A stretch of 64,000 bases of DNA from an uncultured archaeon (GCA_963810275.1 CAWENF010000005.1:1-64000), one strand, 5' to 3'; shown: positions 27,889 through 39,403, counted from the stretch's first letter. Notes: generated by a model not told the origin, from the sequence alone. Program-made: numbers and translations.

Positions 27889-30483
27889 TTACTGCTTGTT
27901 TTTAAAAATTAACGACCCATCCTGCTCATCCACCATGATAACGCAGTCTTTATCCACTTTTCCTGCGAGAATAATCTTTGACAACTCATTTAGCACCTCA
28001 CGCTGAATAACCCGCTTAACTGGTCGAGCGCCAAACTGCGGATCAAAACCGACTTTAGCAATATGTTCAATGGCTTTCTTTGTGAACTCCACGTTTACGC
28101 CGTTCTTCTCAAGCATTTTCGTCACGTCTCTTAGCTGGTTTTTGACGATTTTCTGCACTTCTTCTTCGCTTAGGGGCTGGAACATTATGATTTCGTCGAC
28201 TCGGTTGAGGAATTCGGGTTTGATACTGCGTTTGAGCAGATCGAAAACTTGCTCGCGGGTTTGGTTGATGATTTGCTCCATATTCGCCGCAGTGACTTTC
28301 TCGAGGTTTTCTTGTATGATATGAGAGCCTAAGTTACTGGTCATTATGATTATGGCGTTTTTGAAGTCCACGGTTCGACCTTTGTTGTCGGTTAATCTGC
28401 CGTCGTCAAGCACCTGCAGCAGGATGTTGAATACGTCGGGATGCGCTTTCTCGATTTCGTCCAGCAACACAACCGAGTATGGCTTTCGTCTGACTGCTTC
28501 GGTAAGTTGCCCGCTTTCTTCGTAACCCACATACCCCGGAGGTGCACCCACCAGTCTGCTGACGGTGTGGCGTTCCTGATACTCGGACATGTCAATTCGA
28601 ACCATGTTGTTCTCGTTGTTAAACAAGAAATCCGCCAGCGCCTTTGCCAACTCGGTTTTGCCTACGCCCGTAGTTCCGAGGAAAATGAAAGAGCCAATTG
28701 GACGTTTGGGATCCTGTAAGCCTGCGCGGCTGCGGCGAATAGCGTCCGAAACCGCCGAAATCGCCTCCTCTTGACCGACCACACGCATATGAAGCTCGGT
28801 TTCGATGTTTAGCAGCTTCTCCTTTTCGCTCTGCAACATGCGGCTAACAGGGATTCCTGTCCAGTGTGACACGACCTCAGCAATTTCCTCCGCATCCACT
28901 TCCTCGTTAACCAACGGCGCACCCTTCTGTTGCTCAGACAGCTTCGCCTTCAGCGTTTCAATGGTTTTCTTCGCCTCGGGAATCCGGCCGTAGGAGATTT
29001 CGGCTACTTTGCCCAAGTCGCCTCTACGGTTAGCGTCTTCGCTCTCGAACTTTAACTGTTCAATCTCGTTGTTCTTAGCTTGAATCTGCTCCACAATGTC
29101 TTTTTCTGCTTGCCAGCGGGCCGTGAGTTTGTTGCGTTCCTCGCTTAGGTTAGCGATTTCCTTGTTGAGAGCTTTTAGTTTAGCATCGTCTTTTTCTCGT
29201 TTGATGGCTTCCCGCTCGATTTCGAGTTGGCGGATTTTACGTTCCGCAGTTTCAAGTTCCTCGGGCTTAGAGTTTATCTCCAGTCTGAGTTTGGAGGCGG
29301 CTTCGTCGATTAAGTCAATCGCCTTGTCGGGCAGAAAACGGTCCGATATGTAGCGTTGGGAGAGTTCTACTGCGGCTATGATGGCTTCATCTTTGATTCG
29401 CACGTGGTGGAACACTTCATAACGCTCCTTCAATCCTCGGAGGATGGAGATGGCTGACAGAGTATCAGGCTCATTTACCATGACGGGTTGGAAACGCCGC
29501 TCCAGCGCCTTATCTTTCTCAAAGTACTTCTGGTACTCTTTAAGTGTGGTCGCACCGATAGCCCTCAGTTCACCCCGTGCCAACGCAGGCTTCAAAATGT
29601 TAGCGGCATCCATAGCGCCTTCGCTTGCCCCAGCCCCGACGAGGGTGTGGATTTCGTCTATGAACATGACTATTTCGCCCTCAGAAGAGATTACCTCTTT
29701 GATTACGCTTTTTAGGCGCTCCTCAAATTCACCCTTATATTTGGCTCCGGCAATCAGCGCACCCATATCAAGAGAGAAAATCTGCTTTGACTTTAGGTTT
29801 TCGGGCACGTCACCGTTGACGATTCGGTGCGCTATACCCTCAGCAATGGCGGTTTTGCCAACGCCTGGCTCGCCGATTAATATTGGGTTATTTTTTGTGC
29901 GTCTCGAGAGGATTTGGAGAACTCGGCGGATTTCTTCATCTCTGCCAATCACTGGGTCTAGTTTGCCCGTGCGTGCTCGCGCATTGAGATTTATGGCGAA
30001 TCGCTTTAGGGCGTTGTAAGTTTCATCTGTTGTTTGAGAGTTCACAGTTGATCCCTTCCTTAATTGCTTAATTGCTTCTTTAAGCCCTTTATCTGTCACT
30101 CCGCTGCTTTGGAGAAGCCTTGAGGTGGAGTCATTTGCTGACAACAACGCCAAGAGAAGCTGCTCGATGGAGACGAATTTGTCTTGGCTCTCTTGAGCGT
30201 AGTCCTGTGCTTTTTTGATGACTTTGTTGGTGTTGGATGAGAGGTAATGTTGTCCGCCCGTAACTTTTGGCAGTACATTGAGTAGTTGATCAAGCGAGTT
30301 GTTGAGTGCGTCGAGGTTTACGTTAAAGTGTTTTAGCAGGAAAGGCACCACGTTGTCGTCGACCATGAGCATGGCTTTAAGGATATGGACTGGCTCAATG
30401 ACTTGGTTTTGTTTGGAAGAGGCTAAGTCGAGGGCTTTTTGGATTGCTTCTTGAGATTTAACGGTAAAATTATCTAAGCTCAT
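27889..30483 (-). CDS. clpB: ATP-dependent disaggregase ClpB
   Basis: [21 protein letters not shown], coiled middle domain, [13 protein letters not shown]. Confidence 0.97.
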   Translation of the reverse strand: MSLDNFTVKSQEAIQKALDLASSKQNQVIEPVHILKAMLMVDDNVVPFLLKHFNVNLDALNNSLDQLLNVLPKVTGGQHYLSSNTNKVIKKAQDYAQESQDKFVSIEQLLLALLSANDSTSRLLQSSGVTDKGLKEAIKQLRKGSTVNSQTTDETYNALKRFAINLNARARTGKLDPVIGRDEEIRRVLQILSRRTKNNPILIGEPGVGKTAIAEGIAHRIVNGDVPENLKSKQIFSLDMGALIAGAKYKGEFEERLKSVIKEVISSEGEIVMFIDEIHTLVGAGASEGAMDAANILKPALARGELRAIGATTLKEYQKYFEKDKALERRFQPVMVNEPDTLSAISILRGLKERYEVFHHVRIKDEAIIAAVELSQRYISDRFLPDKAIDLIDEAASKLRLEINSKPEELETAERKIRQLEIEREAIKREKDDAKLKALNKEIANLSEERNKLTARWQAEKDIVEQIQAKNNEIEQLKFESEDANRRGDLGKVAEISYGRIPEAKKTIETLKAKLSEQQKGAPLVNEEVDAEEIAEVVSHWTGIPVSRMLQSEKEKLLNIETELHMRVVGQEEAISAVSDAIRRSRAGLQDPKRPIGSFIFLGTTGVGKTELAKALADFLFNNENNMVRIDMSEYQERHTVSRLVGAPPGYVGYEESGQLTEAVRRKPYSVVLLDEIEKAHPDVFNILLQVLDDGRLTDNKGRTVDFKNAIIIMTSNLGSHIIQENLEKVTAANMEQIINQTREQVFDLLKRSIKPEFLNRVDEIIMFQPLSEEEVQKIVKNQLRDVTKMLEKNGVNVEFTKKAIEHIAKVGFDPQFGARPVKRVIQREVLNELSKIILAGKVDKDCVIMVDEQDGSLIFKNKQ

Positions 30484-30607
30484 CAAAAAAAATCTGATAA
30501 AATCCTATTTGAACTTATTGCAAAGAAAGACGCTAATCCGCTTGATGCTTCCAACAGCTGTTCTGAGCTAAAAACTTTAATCCTAACTTTCTCCAAATAC
30601 AAGTCGG

Positions 30608-31144
30608 ATGTCAACTTTGCCAAGAGTCATTGTCATTTACCGTTCAGTATCGGGTTTCACGAAAAAATACGCCCAATGGATAGCTGGAGAGTTAACAGCA
30701 GACTTCTGTGACGCCAGAAAAATTGATATAAAGAAACTTTTAGGTTACGACATAATTATTTTCGGAGGCGGCCTACATGCTGTGGGCATAAACGGAGTAG
30801 GAATAATCAAAGATAATCTGCCGCTACTCCTTGATAAGAAGGTGGTTGTGTTTGCCGTCGGCGCCTCACAGCCTTCAGAAGGCATAGTTGAGGAAGTCAG
30901 TAAACGAAACTTCCCAGATCAACCTGAAAACCTTAAACTGTTTTACCTGCGGGGCGGCTTTGACTACGACAAACTAGACAGCAAAAATAAGGTGCTGATG
31001 ACTCTGTTTAAGGCAAAGCTGAAAACCAAGAAAGACAAAACAGCCGATGAAGAGGGAATGCTGGCGGCTTACTACACGCCGTTAGATTGTACTAGCAGGG
31101 AAAACGTCGCTGAACTGGTCGCCTACGTTAAGGCTCTGCTTTAG
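30608..31144 (+). CDS. Flavodoxin-domain (HemG-like) protein
   Basis: VIYRSVSGFTKKYAQWIA..IIFGGGLH..FYLRGGFDY. Confidence 0.85.
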   Translation: MSTLPRVIVIYRSVSGFTKKYAQWIAGELTADFCDARKIDIKKLLGYDIIIFGGGLHAVGINGVGIIKDNLPLLLDKKVVVFAVGASQPSEGIVEEVSKRNFPDQPENLKLFYLRGGFDYDKLDSKNKVLMTLFKAKLKTKKDKTADEEGMLAAYYTPLDCTSRENVAELVAYVKALL

Positions 31145-32361
31145 CCAAGCATGGCACGTAAAACGGCGTAATCCAAGATTCCCACAATATAGGACAAAAC
31201 CCAGAATACTATCAAAAGCCAAGCTACATTTTTACTTTTAGCTTGAAAAGTCACTGAGGAAGGTCGCCAAAGAGCGATAAGCCATACCCCAAACAGCAAT
31301 GCGGGAAAAGAGAACACTGCATGGGCTAAAAAGACGGCTACAGCCAACGGGGAACCAAAATATTCAGTCATAGAACTGTTATCCATGGGAGACATAGCCA
31401 GCACTCCAAGGAAACCCATGATAGTAATAGCCACTACAACGATTACAAGGATGCCATGTACAAGGTAGTTGCCCTTAAGTCTAAACCACATGCTCAATAG
31501 TAACAGAGCCATCCAAAGAGACTGCATGATTACATTGATGTCTCGAAAACTAAGTGGAACCTGACTTTCACTTATGGGTGTAGACGATATGAATCCAACA
31601 GCACCAATCAACCCGAAAACGAGTAGGGCACTTATGATTGTCTGCTGCTTTGGGTTTAAATGGACATGTCTTCTGCGAGCGATGAGCAGTGCTGTAGAAA
31701 AAACACACGCAGCTAAAACCACCACTATCACTATGGTGTAAAACATTGATTGACTTTCTACGGGAGTAGTATAGCTCCATAGGTTAGTTGCACAGGCTTT
31801 AGCAGTCACTGTTAAACTGTCAATGTAATAGCCGTCCTTGAAAGTAACATTTCGGTAAGTCTCTGATGACCCCACAAAAAAGCCTGTTGCCTTATCCCAT
31901 TCCTTATATCTAAAACCATCTTCGCCATAGGTTATGGTTCTATCTGCACCAAGGATACTTTTTTGTTGTTGACCTTGAATAGTAACGTTAACGGGCTTAT
32001 GGTTGTGTATTGAACAGTCAAAGAAAGCTTCGCCTAGGCTGAGGTTTGAGGGGATTATTATCCAGCCGCCGACATTGCCCTCGCTGAAGTTGAGGTACCA
32101 AACCTCGCTGCCCACTGTGCCGTTGTTGTAGTGTGCGGTAACGTTAACTGAGAAGGCGGCTCCGTTGACCCCCAGAACTTCTAGGCGCATCCAATTTACG
32201 TCGTGGGTTGGGGGCGGAGAGCTTGTGCCATTATGGGTGATGCCGTATTCTATCCAGTCGCCGGGTTTGACGCCTACAGACGGGGCGGCTGCTTGAGTGA
32301 AGGCAATTATAAAAACTGAAGTGAGGATGAAGAGGAGAAGTAGAGAAGTTTTGGTTCTCAT
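31141..32361 (-). CDS. Membrane protein with signal peptide, extracellular domain and multi-TM C-terminus
   Basis: Signal peptide, VGVKPGDWIEY motif, about six C-terminal TM helices with His residues. Confidence 0.75.
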   Translation of the reverse strand: MRTKTSLLLLFILTSVFIIAFTQAAAPSVGVKPGDWIEYGITHNGTSSPPPTHDVNWMRLEVLGVNGAAFSVNVTAHYNNGTVGSEVWYLNFSEGNVGGWIIIPSNLSLGEAFFDCSIHNHKPVNVTIQGQQQKSILGADRTITYGEDGFRYKEWDKATGFFVGSSETYRNVTFKDGYYIDSLTVTAKACATNLWSYTTPVESQSMFYTIVIVVVLAACVFSTALLIARRRHVHLNPKQQTIISALLVFGLIGAVGFISSTPISESQVPLSFRDINVIMQSLWMALLLLSMWFRLKGNYLVHGILVIVVVAITIMGFLGVLAMSPMDNSSMTEYFGSPLAVAVFLAHAVFSFPALLFGVWLIALWRPSSVTFQAKSKNVAWLLIVFWVLSYIVGILDYAVLRAMLG

Positions 32362-32533
32362 TTTTCATCAATAGCCCAGCAGCTGAAGTTGATTTAAATC
32401 GGTTTTCGTCAAGAAACCTTGACTAACCTCAACAAGCCGATAAAAGCCTTTTTTAGCGTAATTTTAACCTTATATAACTTGAGTCTTATACATCTGAAAA
32501 AGCAATTTAACGCTTGTTAGGGGATAAAAAGGG

Positions 32534-32965
32534 TTGGATGAAGTTTTAGAATTACTGGAAAAACACGCTAAACGCATACAAAAAAGTGCAAATGAAACCA
32601 AAGAGGCCATCTGGAAACAATCAGCAATTTATGAACAGCTTCAGCAGTCACCCCAAGCCACGGGCGAGCAAAAAATGAAGTCTTTCATAAAGAAAACCGT
32701 GGAGCTGGACAGACTGGAACGCCTTAACTCTCAGTTAAGCTTGTTTTATTGCCTTCAGATTTTCGCTTTCAAAGTTAAGGTATTAGAAGTTTCAGTGGAT
32801 AAAATACAGGAGCAACTGGTTAAGTCAGGTGTGCTGCAAAGCAGCATGGAAATTGAGGACATTAAAAAGAACATTGACGCCTTAAAAATCCTTATAGAAG
32901 CCCAATATGAGTCCATGAAGGAAATCAACGACACCCAAAACAAGCATTTAGGCTATATCCACTAA
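32534..32965 (+). CDS. Hypothetical helical protein
   Basis: 143-aa ORF with coiled-coil character. Confidence 0.65.
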   Translation: MDEVLELLEKHAKRIQKSANETKEAIWKQSAIYEQLQQSPQATGEQKMKSFIKKTVELDRLERLNSQLSLFYCLQIFAFKVKVLEVSVDKIQEQLVKSGVLQSSMEIEDIKKNIDALKILIEAQYESMKEINDTQNKHLGYIH

Positions 32966-33046
32966 TACAGTTAAATGATAAAAAAGATGTTTGGCGATTC
33001 AACCAAAAGGTTGAGTGCCTACAGCTAATTTTTGTTCCAGCCTAAA

Positions 33047-33967
33047 TTAGAAGAGCTTTTCCCAGCTTGTGACCAGATCGAGGACTTCTTGGCCTGCTTT
33101 GCCGCCGTAGCTCTTAAGACGCTCGCGAGTGTCTTTTTCTGCAATCGCTTTCTTTTGGAATTCCTGCATCTGTGCTGCTTTGTCAGTGAGATATAATAAA
33201 CCGTCAGCGCCTGCGCGTGCCATGCGGACTGAGACTGTGAGTAGTTCGCTTGCTGTTGGTGTTTCTCTTGGGTCGTCACCGGGACCGATAACGTAGAGTG
33301 CAATGTTTAGTTTTGTGTCCTTAAAGAGTTTCTTGAAGTTGCGTGTAAGCATTTCCCAGTACCAGGGAGTTGCGTAGTTCTTGCTGAACATGACGACGAA
33401 CATTTCGGTTGTAAGTGGTAGCATGTCGTCGAAGTTTACGCCGAAGCGTTCGTAGTTAGTAACTGGGTCCGGGAGGATACCGATGTAGAGTGGTTTTTTG
33501 GCTTTGTTGATTACGCGGTCGCTTGTTGCTGCCATGTAGTCTGTGACTTCTTTGCGTCTCCATTCGTACCATGAGAGGCCGCTTTTTTCGTGGAGTGCTT
33601 TGCACCGTGGGCAGGTGCAGTGTCCGTGTTCTGCGAAGTGAATACTGTTTAGCCAGACGCCTTGGCTTTTGCGCGCTACGTCTTCCATGTAGTCGAGTTG
33701 TTCTGCTCTGTGATCTGGTTGTGTTTGACAAAGGACTTCCCAGCGTACGTTGAAGTTGTCGTTGGTTCTCCATGCTGGACCAAGATCTGATTGGCTGATC
33801 CAGTCTGGGTGGAGCCGTGCTGCGACGTTGTCGCCGAAGATTGCTACGTTGCTGTACATATCAGCTTTGGGGGGCAGTCGTCTTCCGACTTCAGGTTTAG
33901 TTCGGAAAAGGTCAAAGTCGAAGCCTGGAACTTTCTTTGCTTCAAACATGTATGTGCCGAATTTCAT
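33047..33967 (-). CDS. Hypothetical TIM-barrel (glycoside-hydrolase-like) protein
   Basis: HPDW, GVWLNSIHF..HCTCPRC, RFGVNFD pattern. Confidence 0.6.
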   Translation of the reverse strand: MKFGTYMFEAKKVPGFDFDLFRTKPEVGRRLPPKADMYSNVAIFGDNVAARLHPDWISQSDLGPAWRTNDNFNVRWEVLCQTQPDHRAEQLDYMEDVARKSQGVWLNSIHFAEHGHCTCPRCKALHEKSGLSWYEWRRKEVTDYMAATSDRVINKAKKPLYIGILPDPVTNYERFGVNFDDMLPLTTEMFVVMFSKNYATPWYWEMLTRNFKKLFKDTKLNIALYVIGPGDDPRETPTASELLTVSVRMARAGADGLLYLTDKAAQMQEFQKKAIAEKDTRERLKSYGGKAGQEVLDLVTSWEKLF

Positions 33968-34312
33968 TTGCTTTTACCTTTTTAGAACTCAAAACGTTCG
34001 GCGATGTTATAAAGTTTTGCATAAACCGCTAATAGTTGGTTTCAAAAACAAAAAAAGGCATCTTCTGGATGCTTGAGATGCAGTTTTGGGGTAAGGCTAT
34101 GGTTTGTTGGGGTGTTTTGTTTTTTTGTCTATTTGTTGTATAATACTTGTTCGCTGGTACAACTTCTTTTAGTGGAGTTTGTTTAGGCTTGCTTTTTGTT
34201 GTCAGTTGGATTGGGCGTTGATTGGTAGTTGTGCTGGTTGTAACAAGCTAGACAGCGGGTTTGGGATGGTTGCGTGTCTTTATATAAACAACAAAGCACA
34301 GTTAGCATACTA

Positions 34313-35545
34313 ATGACGCAGCAAACCATAGAAACCGACGTGGCGGTGGTCGGAGGCGGACCCGTCGGCAGCTACCTAGCGCTCCAACTTGCAAAGCTTG
34401 GCGTATCTGCGGCCGTGTTTGAGGAGCACCCCCAAATCGGTGTCCCCTCCCACTGCGCAGGGCACATAAGCATCCGTAGCCTAAAGGCGATGGGACTCTA
34501 TCCGTTGCCGGGCATAGTTGAGAACAACTTTAGCGTAGCCAACTTTTACTCACCCCAAGGCACAAAGTTTAGCCTACACCTCTCAGCCCCTGTAACGACG
34601 GCTCTTAACCGCGCTAAGTTTGACCAGATGCTAGCTGAGCAGGCGGAGGCGGCTGGAGCAAGGTTCCAGTTAAGCAGTCGAGTTGAGTCACTGGTCAGAA
34701 GGGACGGCATAATAAGCGGCATCAGAATCAAAGGTGCTGATGAAGCCGAAACTTTAGTTAGCTCAAAAGTCGTGTGTGACTGCGAAGGCATCTCCTCGCG
34801 ACTCCTGCGGCAGGCGGGTTTGCGGGCTCTCAAATCAGCGGGGCTTGTTTATGCGGTGGAAACCGAAGTTGAAGGCACACAAGACACTCAAATGGACGCT
34901 GTGGAAGTCTACTTCGGCAGCGCCTACGCACCAGGCTTCTATGGCTGGCTCATCCCTCGCCCCGACGGAAGCGCCAAACTCGGCTTAGCCACCAACAAAG
35001 GCAACCCTCAGCAGTACCTGAAGCGTCTTATGACAAAGCATCCCATTGCGTCCAAACAACTTTCAAAAGCCAAAATACTAAAAGCAGGCTACCATGCCAT
35101 TTCGCTGGCTGGACCAATCCCGCAGGCTTACACGGGCGGATTCTTGGCGGCAGGCGACTGCGCCTCGCAAGTCAAACCAACAACGGGGGGCGGTGTTATT
35201 TTTGGTTTTAAGGCAGCAAACGAAGCGGCGGATGTGGCGGCTAATTCTATTCATAACGGTGATGTTTCTAAAGGCGCACTATCGGAGTATCAGCGTCGCT
35301 GCAACAGCCTCTTTACGTTCGATATCCAAGTTATGCTCAAACTCCGCAAATTCTTGGATTCACTTTCCGACGAGAAGCTAGACGAAATGTTCCGTATATG
35401 CAGCAAACTTGGCGTCGACAAAGCCCTTAAAGACGCTACAGAAATCGACTTTCAGGGCAAACTTCTCCTCAGCGCAGCCACAAAACCTCAAATGATAGCC
35501 GCACTCGGCTACTTCGGACTGCTTTACATAACTACAAACCCTTAA
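34313..35545 (+). CDS. Geranylgeranyl reductase family FAD oxidoreductase
   Basis: VVGGGPVG, PSHCAG, YGWLIP, GDCASQVKPTTGGG. Confidence 0.9.
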   Translation: MTQQTIETDVAVVGGGPVGSYLALQLAKLGVSAAVFEEHPQIGVPSHCAGHISIRSLKAMGLYPLPGIVENNFSVANFYSPQGTKFSLHLSAPVTTALNRAKFDQMLAEQAEAAGARFQLSSRVESLVRRDGIISGIRIKGADEAETLVSSKVVCDCEGISSRLLRQAGLRALKSAGLVYAVETEVEGTQDTQMDAVEVYFGSAYAPGFYGWLIPRPDGSAKLGLATNKGNPQQYLKRLMTKHPIASKQLSKAKILKAGYHAISLAGPIPQAYTGGFLAAGDCASQVKPTTGGGVIFGFKAANEAADVAANSIHNGDVSKGALSEYQRRCNSLFTFDIQVMLKLRKFLDSLSDEKLDEMFRICSKLGVDKALKDATEIDFQGKLLLSAATKPQMIAALGYFGLLYITTNP

Positions 35546-35580
35546 ATCTCCTCTACCAAACATAGAAGCGGGAACAGAAA

Positions 35581-35946
35581 ATGTCCGATGATTTCGAGTA
35601 CAAGCAAGTCATAGTTTTCCGCACTGACCTGCATATGGGCAAAGGCAAAATCGCAGCTCAGGCAGGACACGCAGCCATCAGCTCAGCGCAAGACGCGTTT
35701 GTGCATCATAAGAAATGGTGGGATGCGTGGCTCTACGAGGGACAAAAAAAGGTGGCGTTGAAGGTCCAAACCGAGAAGGAGCTATTGGAGTTGGAGGAAG
35801 GCGCTGAAGACTATGGATTGCCCCACGCCTTAATCATTGACCGCGGCTTGACTCAGATTCCCGAAGGCTCCATAACCTGCCTAGGCATCGGACCCGCCCC
35901 AACCGAGAAAATCGACCGCTTAACAGGCAAACTCAAACTGCTATGA
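35581..35946 (+). CDS. pth2: Peptidyl-tRNA hydrolase Pth2
   Basis: KQVIVFRTDLHMGKGKIAAQAGHA..DRGLTQI..GIGP. Confidence 0.96.
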   Translation: MSDDFEYKQVIVFRTDLHMGKGKIAAQAGHAAISSAQDAFVHHKKWWDAWLYEGQKKVALKVQTEKELLELEEGAEDYGLPHALIIDRGLTQIPEGSITCLGIGPAPTEKIDRLTGKLKLL

Positions 35947-35958
35947 GGCGACTCTGTT

Positions 35959-37314
35959 TTGGTTGTTCCTGTTGTTGAATCCATTTTGGGCATGACCGAG
36001 TACGCCACAAAAGGAGAGGGCGTCGGCGGCTGTATCAAGCAAAATGCTGAGGACTTTATGGTGGAAGAGGTTTTGGTAGACGGTTCAAAAGCATCCTTGG
36101 CGGGTGAGGTACCATCCAGAATTATTGGTTCATCGCAGAATCGGCAGCGATTTTTGGTATGCCTTATGATGAAGCGCAACTGGGACACATTTATCGTAAC
36201 CAAAAATGTCGCCAAATCGTTGGGTATAGAGCCTAAACGTGTACAGTTTGCAGGCATAAAGGACGCCAAAGCTGTCACCGCCCAGCACATAACCCTGGAA
36301 AATGTTTCGCTGGAGGATGCCGCTAAAATCCAGTTGACTGACGCCAAAGTGCTGCCGATTGGCTACGTGCGGGAAATGCTTTCAGTATTCTATTTGTTAG
36401 GTAATAATTTCACGATTACGGTTCGAAACCCAGAAGTCACCGAATCAACTCTCAAAGAACGCGTGGAGGCAACAATGGAGGAGCTCATCACACAGGGTGG
36501 AATTCCGAACTTTTTTGGCCATCAACGCTTCGGCACCACACGCCCCATCACACATCTAGTCGGTAAATCCCTAATCCGAGGCGACTTCGAGGATGCAGCC
36601 ATGCTTTTCCTGGCAAAGCCCAGCCTGTACGAGCACCCGAAATCGCAGCAGGCTCGCCAAGCATTGCACGATACGCATGACTTCAAAGCTGCAGCTGAAG
36701 CCTACCCCAAACAACTCCGCTACGAGCGTCTGATGCTAAGATACCTCGCCGATAACCCAACCGATTACGTAGGAGCTTTTAGGCGTTTGCCTCCAAAACT
36801 ACAATCATTATTCGTGCAAGCTTACCAATCTTATCTCTTTAACAGGTTTCTAAGTCAAAGAATTAAGCAATGCTTTCCTCTCAACAAGGCAATTGAAGGT
36901 GATTTTGTAGTGCCAGTGGAGCGCACAGGCTTACCGATAACCACAATGGGAAAGACAGTCACATCGGAGAACCTGCACTCAATTAACGCTCAGGTGACGA
37001 CGGGTAAAATGCGGGTAGCGTTACCCATCGTTGGGCAGAAGCAGAAGCTAAGCGGCGGGTCCATGGGCGAGATCGAAGAAGAAATAATTCAAGGCGAAGG
37101 TATGATTGACCACGTTAGGTGGCTAAACGAGCTGTCACGGACGGGAGGAAAAGGCGGCTTGAGGACTGCGGCGGCAACCGTGCGAGATTTCCGTCTGCTT
37201 GAAACGTCGGATGATTCATTTAAAATGAGTTTTATGCTGTTAAGGGGCTGTTATGCAACTGTCCTACTACGGGAAATCCTAAAACCCAAAGACCCTGTCG
37301 CGGCTGGTTTCTAA
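35959..37314 (+). CDS. truD: tRNA pseudouridine(13) synthase
   Basis: EDFMVEE, AGIKDAKAVT, GNNFTI, PNFFGHQRFG, GCYATVLLRE. Confidence 0.96.
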   Translation: MVVPVVESILGMTEYATKGEGVGGCIKQNAEDFMVEEVLVDGSKASLAGEVPSRIIGSSQNRQRFLVCLMMKRNWDTFIVTKNVAKSLGIEPKRVQFAGIKDAKAVTAQHITLENVSLEDAAKIQLTDAKVLPIGYVREMLSVFYLLGNNFTITVRNPEVTESTLKERVEATMEELITQGGIPNFFGHQRFGTTRPITHLVGKSLIRGDFEDAAMLFLAKPSLYEHPKSQQARQALHDTHDFKAAAEAYPKQLRYERLMLRYLADNPTDYVGAFRRLPPKLQSLFVQAYQSYLFNRFLSQRIKQCFPLNKAIEGDFVVPVERTGLPITTMGKTVTSENLHSINAQVTTGKMRVALPIVGQKQKLSGGSMGEIEEEIIQGEGMIDHVRWLNELSRTGGKGGLRTAAATVRDFRLLETSDDSFKMSFMLLRGCYATVLLREILKPKDPVAAGF

Positions 37315-37363
37315 AAGCACATAAAGTAGAAAACAGTTCAGTAAAGATGAGGATGCAGTTTTT

Positions 37364-37936
37364 ATGGTTGAACAAAAGCCAACTCAGCCCAGACAATGCG
37401 TCATACCCATCCATAAACCCAACCGCAAAGAATACATCTTCTTTTTCGTTTCAGGCATAGTTGTCAGTATACCGTTTGCGATTTTCTTTGAAAGTCTGTA
37501 TCCTGCGGCTGCATCCTCGGTAATTCTGATTGTGCTGGTTGCGCCGTTTGTCGAAGAGTTAGCGAAGGTGTTTCCGCTTTTTTACCGCCACGGAGAAACA
37601 CAGCGTAGCATAGTCACATTAGGCATCTTAATCGGCGTCGGCTTTGGCATCGCAGAATTCATGGAGTACGTGGTTTTGGCGGACATACCCATAATAGCGC
37701 GCATCCCAGGCATAGTGTTTCATGGCTCAAGCGCAGCCATAACCGCATACGGCATCGCCAAAAAGAACCCACTACCCTACTATATGACTGCGGTGTTTTT
37801 GCATATGGCTAACAATTTCTTTGCCGTTTCCGCAAGCCTATTATTAGTTGTTCCGCAAGTAGTTGTTTTAGTTGCAGTGTATTCGTTAGCTTGGCGGTAC
37901 TGGCATAAAGCCAGATCCGACGTCATTGTAGTCTAA
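37364..37936 (+). CDS. PrsW-family intramembrane protease
   Basis: APFVEELAK, GFGIAE, FH, LHMANN. Confidence 0.85.
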   Translation: MVEQKPTQPRQCVIPIHKPNRKEYIFFFVSGIVVSIPFAIFFESLYPAAASSVILIVLVAPFVEELAKVFPLFYRHGETQRSIVTLGILIGVGFGIAEFMEYVVLADIPIIARIPGIVFHGSSAAITAYGIAKKNPLPYYMTAVFLHMANNFFAVSASLLLVVPQVVVLVAVYSLAWRYWHKARSDVIVV

Positions 37937-38460
37937 GCGATGCTGTCGGTTCGGGCGAGGTCGCGCAACCGGTTGACGCCATCGATTTCTAAAATGAACT
38001 CCCTTACGATTTTTGGCACGAGCGCCGCCCACTCCTTACCTTTAAGCATTTTTTCACGTATAACTGTGGAAGAGTATGTATCACGATCAAAGTAGGGAAT
38101 GCGCTCCACGTTGTAGCCTGCCTCCATAAACAACCTTCGCGTCAAAGGCTCATTAGAATACACCAGTCCGAAGCGGGGCGTGTAGCCCTCCACAGCACTA
38201 ACCCACAGCATATGCAGGTGCACATCAGGAACAGGCACAATCCAAACTTTGCGGACATCAACACAACACTCAGACAAGGCACTTTGAACCATAACCAGCC
38301 GCTCCCCAGCCGTGAAAGGGTCGTGACAGTTGTGACTATACTGCGCGCTGCCGATAACCACGACCAATTCGTCCACCCGGTCCAAAACATACTTGATAGC
38401 GCCTAAATGCCCGAGGTGGAAGGGTTGAAATCTACCTACATATAGTCCCCGTTTAGTCAC
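37933..38460 (-). CDS. nadM: Nicotinamide-nucleotide adenylyltransferase
   Basis: GRFQPFHLGH, GSAQYSH..PFTAGER, SSTVIR. Confidence 0.95.
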   Translation of the reverse strand: MTKRGLYVGRFQPFHLGHLGAIKYVLDRVDELVVVIGSAQYSHNCHDPFTAGERLVMVQSALSECCVDVRKVWIVPVPDVHLHMLWVSAVEGYTPRFGLVYSNEPLTRRLFMEAGYNVERIPYFDRDTYSSTVIREKMLKGKEWAALVPKIVREFILEIDGVNRLRDLARTDSIA

Positions 38461-38520
38461 TACAGTATCCTCTGATGTGTGGTGGGGGTTGGCTGCATTT
38501 AATATTTGCGTAGGCTTGGT

Positions 38521-39108
38521 CTATAGGTACTTTGAGAGAACCTGTTCGAGGGGGTAGATTTGGAGTACCCCGTCAAGGACCTTGATGGTTTTGGGTTCCG
38601 TATAGCCCCGCTTTTCACGTTTCAAAAATGCCATCTTTACTTTTAAACCACCTGCACCGTAACCGCCCAAGCCCAAATCTGATTTGACGACTCGGTGGCA
38701 GGGGACAACGATTGGGTACTGGTTGCATGCCATTGCGTTTCCCACTGCTCGGGGTCCGCCTCCGACTGCTTTGGCGATGGAGCCGTAGGTGGTTACGTAG
38801 CCGACGGGGACTGCTTGAGTCGCTAATAGGACTTTTTTGGTATAGCTGGGCAGGTGCCCGGTTGCAATTTTGAGCTGTTTGTTCGGGGTTTTGCCGTCGT
38901 AGAGAGCTTTGAGGGTATGTAGAGCCTCCTCAGATTGGGAAGTGGGAATATCGGCAACTTGGAAGGACTCATCTAGCGGCAACTTGGAGAGTATGCTGCT
39001 CTGTGCGGTTTTCGGATCTTCGCTAAAAGCAGTAGCGACTACTTCTTCATCTCGAAATACAACAGCAAAAGTTACCTTGTCAAAAGTTTGTAGGTAAACT
39101 TCAATCAA
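38521..39108 (-). CDS. ogt: Methylated-DNA--protein-cysteine methyltransferase
   Basis: VPVGYVTTYG..RAVG..VPCHRVV. Confidence 0.93.
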   Translation of the reverse strand: MIEVYLQTFDKVTFAVVFRDEEVVATAFSEDPKTAQSSILSKLPLDESFQVADIPTSQSEEALHTLKALYDGKTPNKQLKIATGHLPSYTKKVLLATQAVPVGYVTTYGSIAKAVGGGPRAVGNAMACNQYPIVVPCHRVVKSDLGLGGYGAGGLKVKMAFLKREKRGYTEPKTIKVLDGVLQIYPLEQVLSKYL

Positions 39109-39403
39109 AACGGTTATCTCTACCTAAAACTATAGGAGAAAAAGATCTTAAAAGGGTCTGCGGTAGAAGCCCGCTGGTTCCTAACCTCCAAGCGGGTGCC
39201 AACAAGCATAATCGGGTATTAGTTTTATAGTGGGGTTCAAAGATGCTTTTCCCGGTACTAGATACGGATCCTATTGGTTTACAGCATCTCTGGCATTTCA
39301 TCGGTTCACATCCGCTCATTGGATAACCTCGAAGGTGTATATGGTTATAAGTAACCTTAATAGATTGTCTTGTGTAAATACCAACCCGAAAAGGCGAAAA
39401 GTT

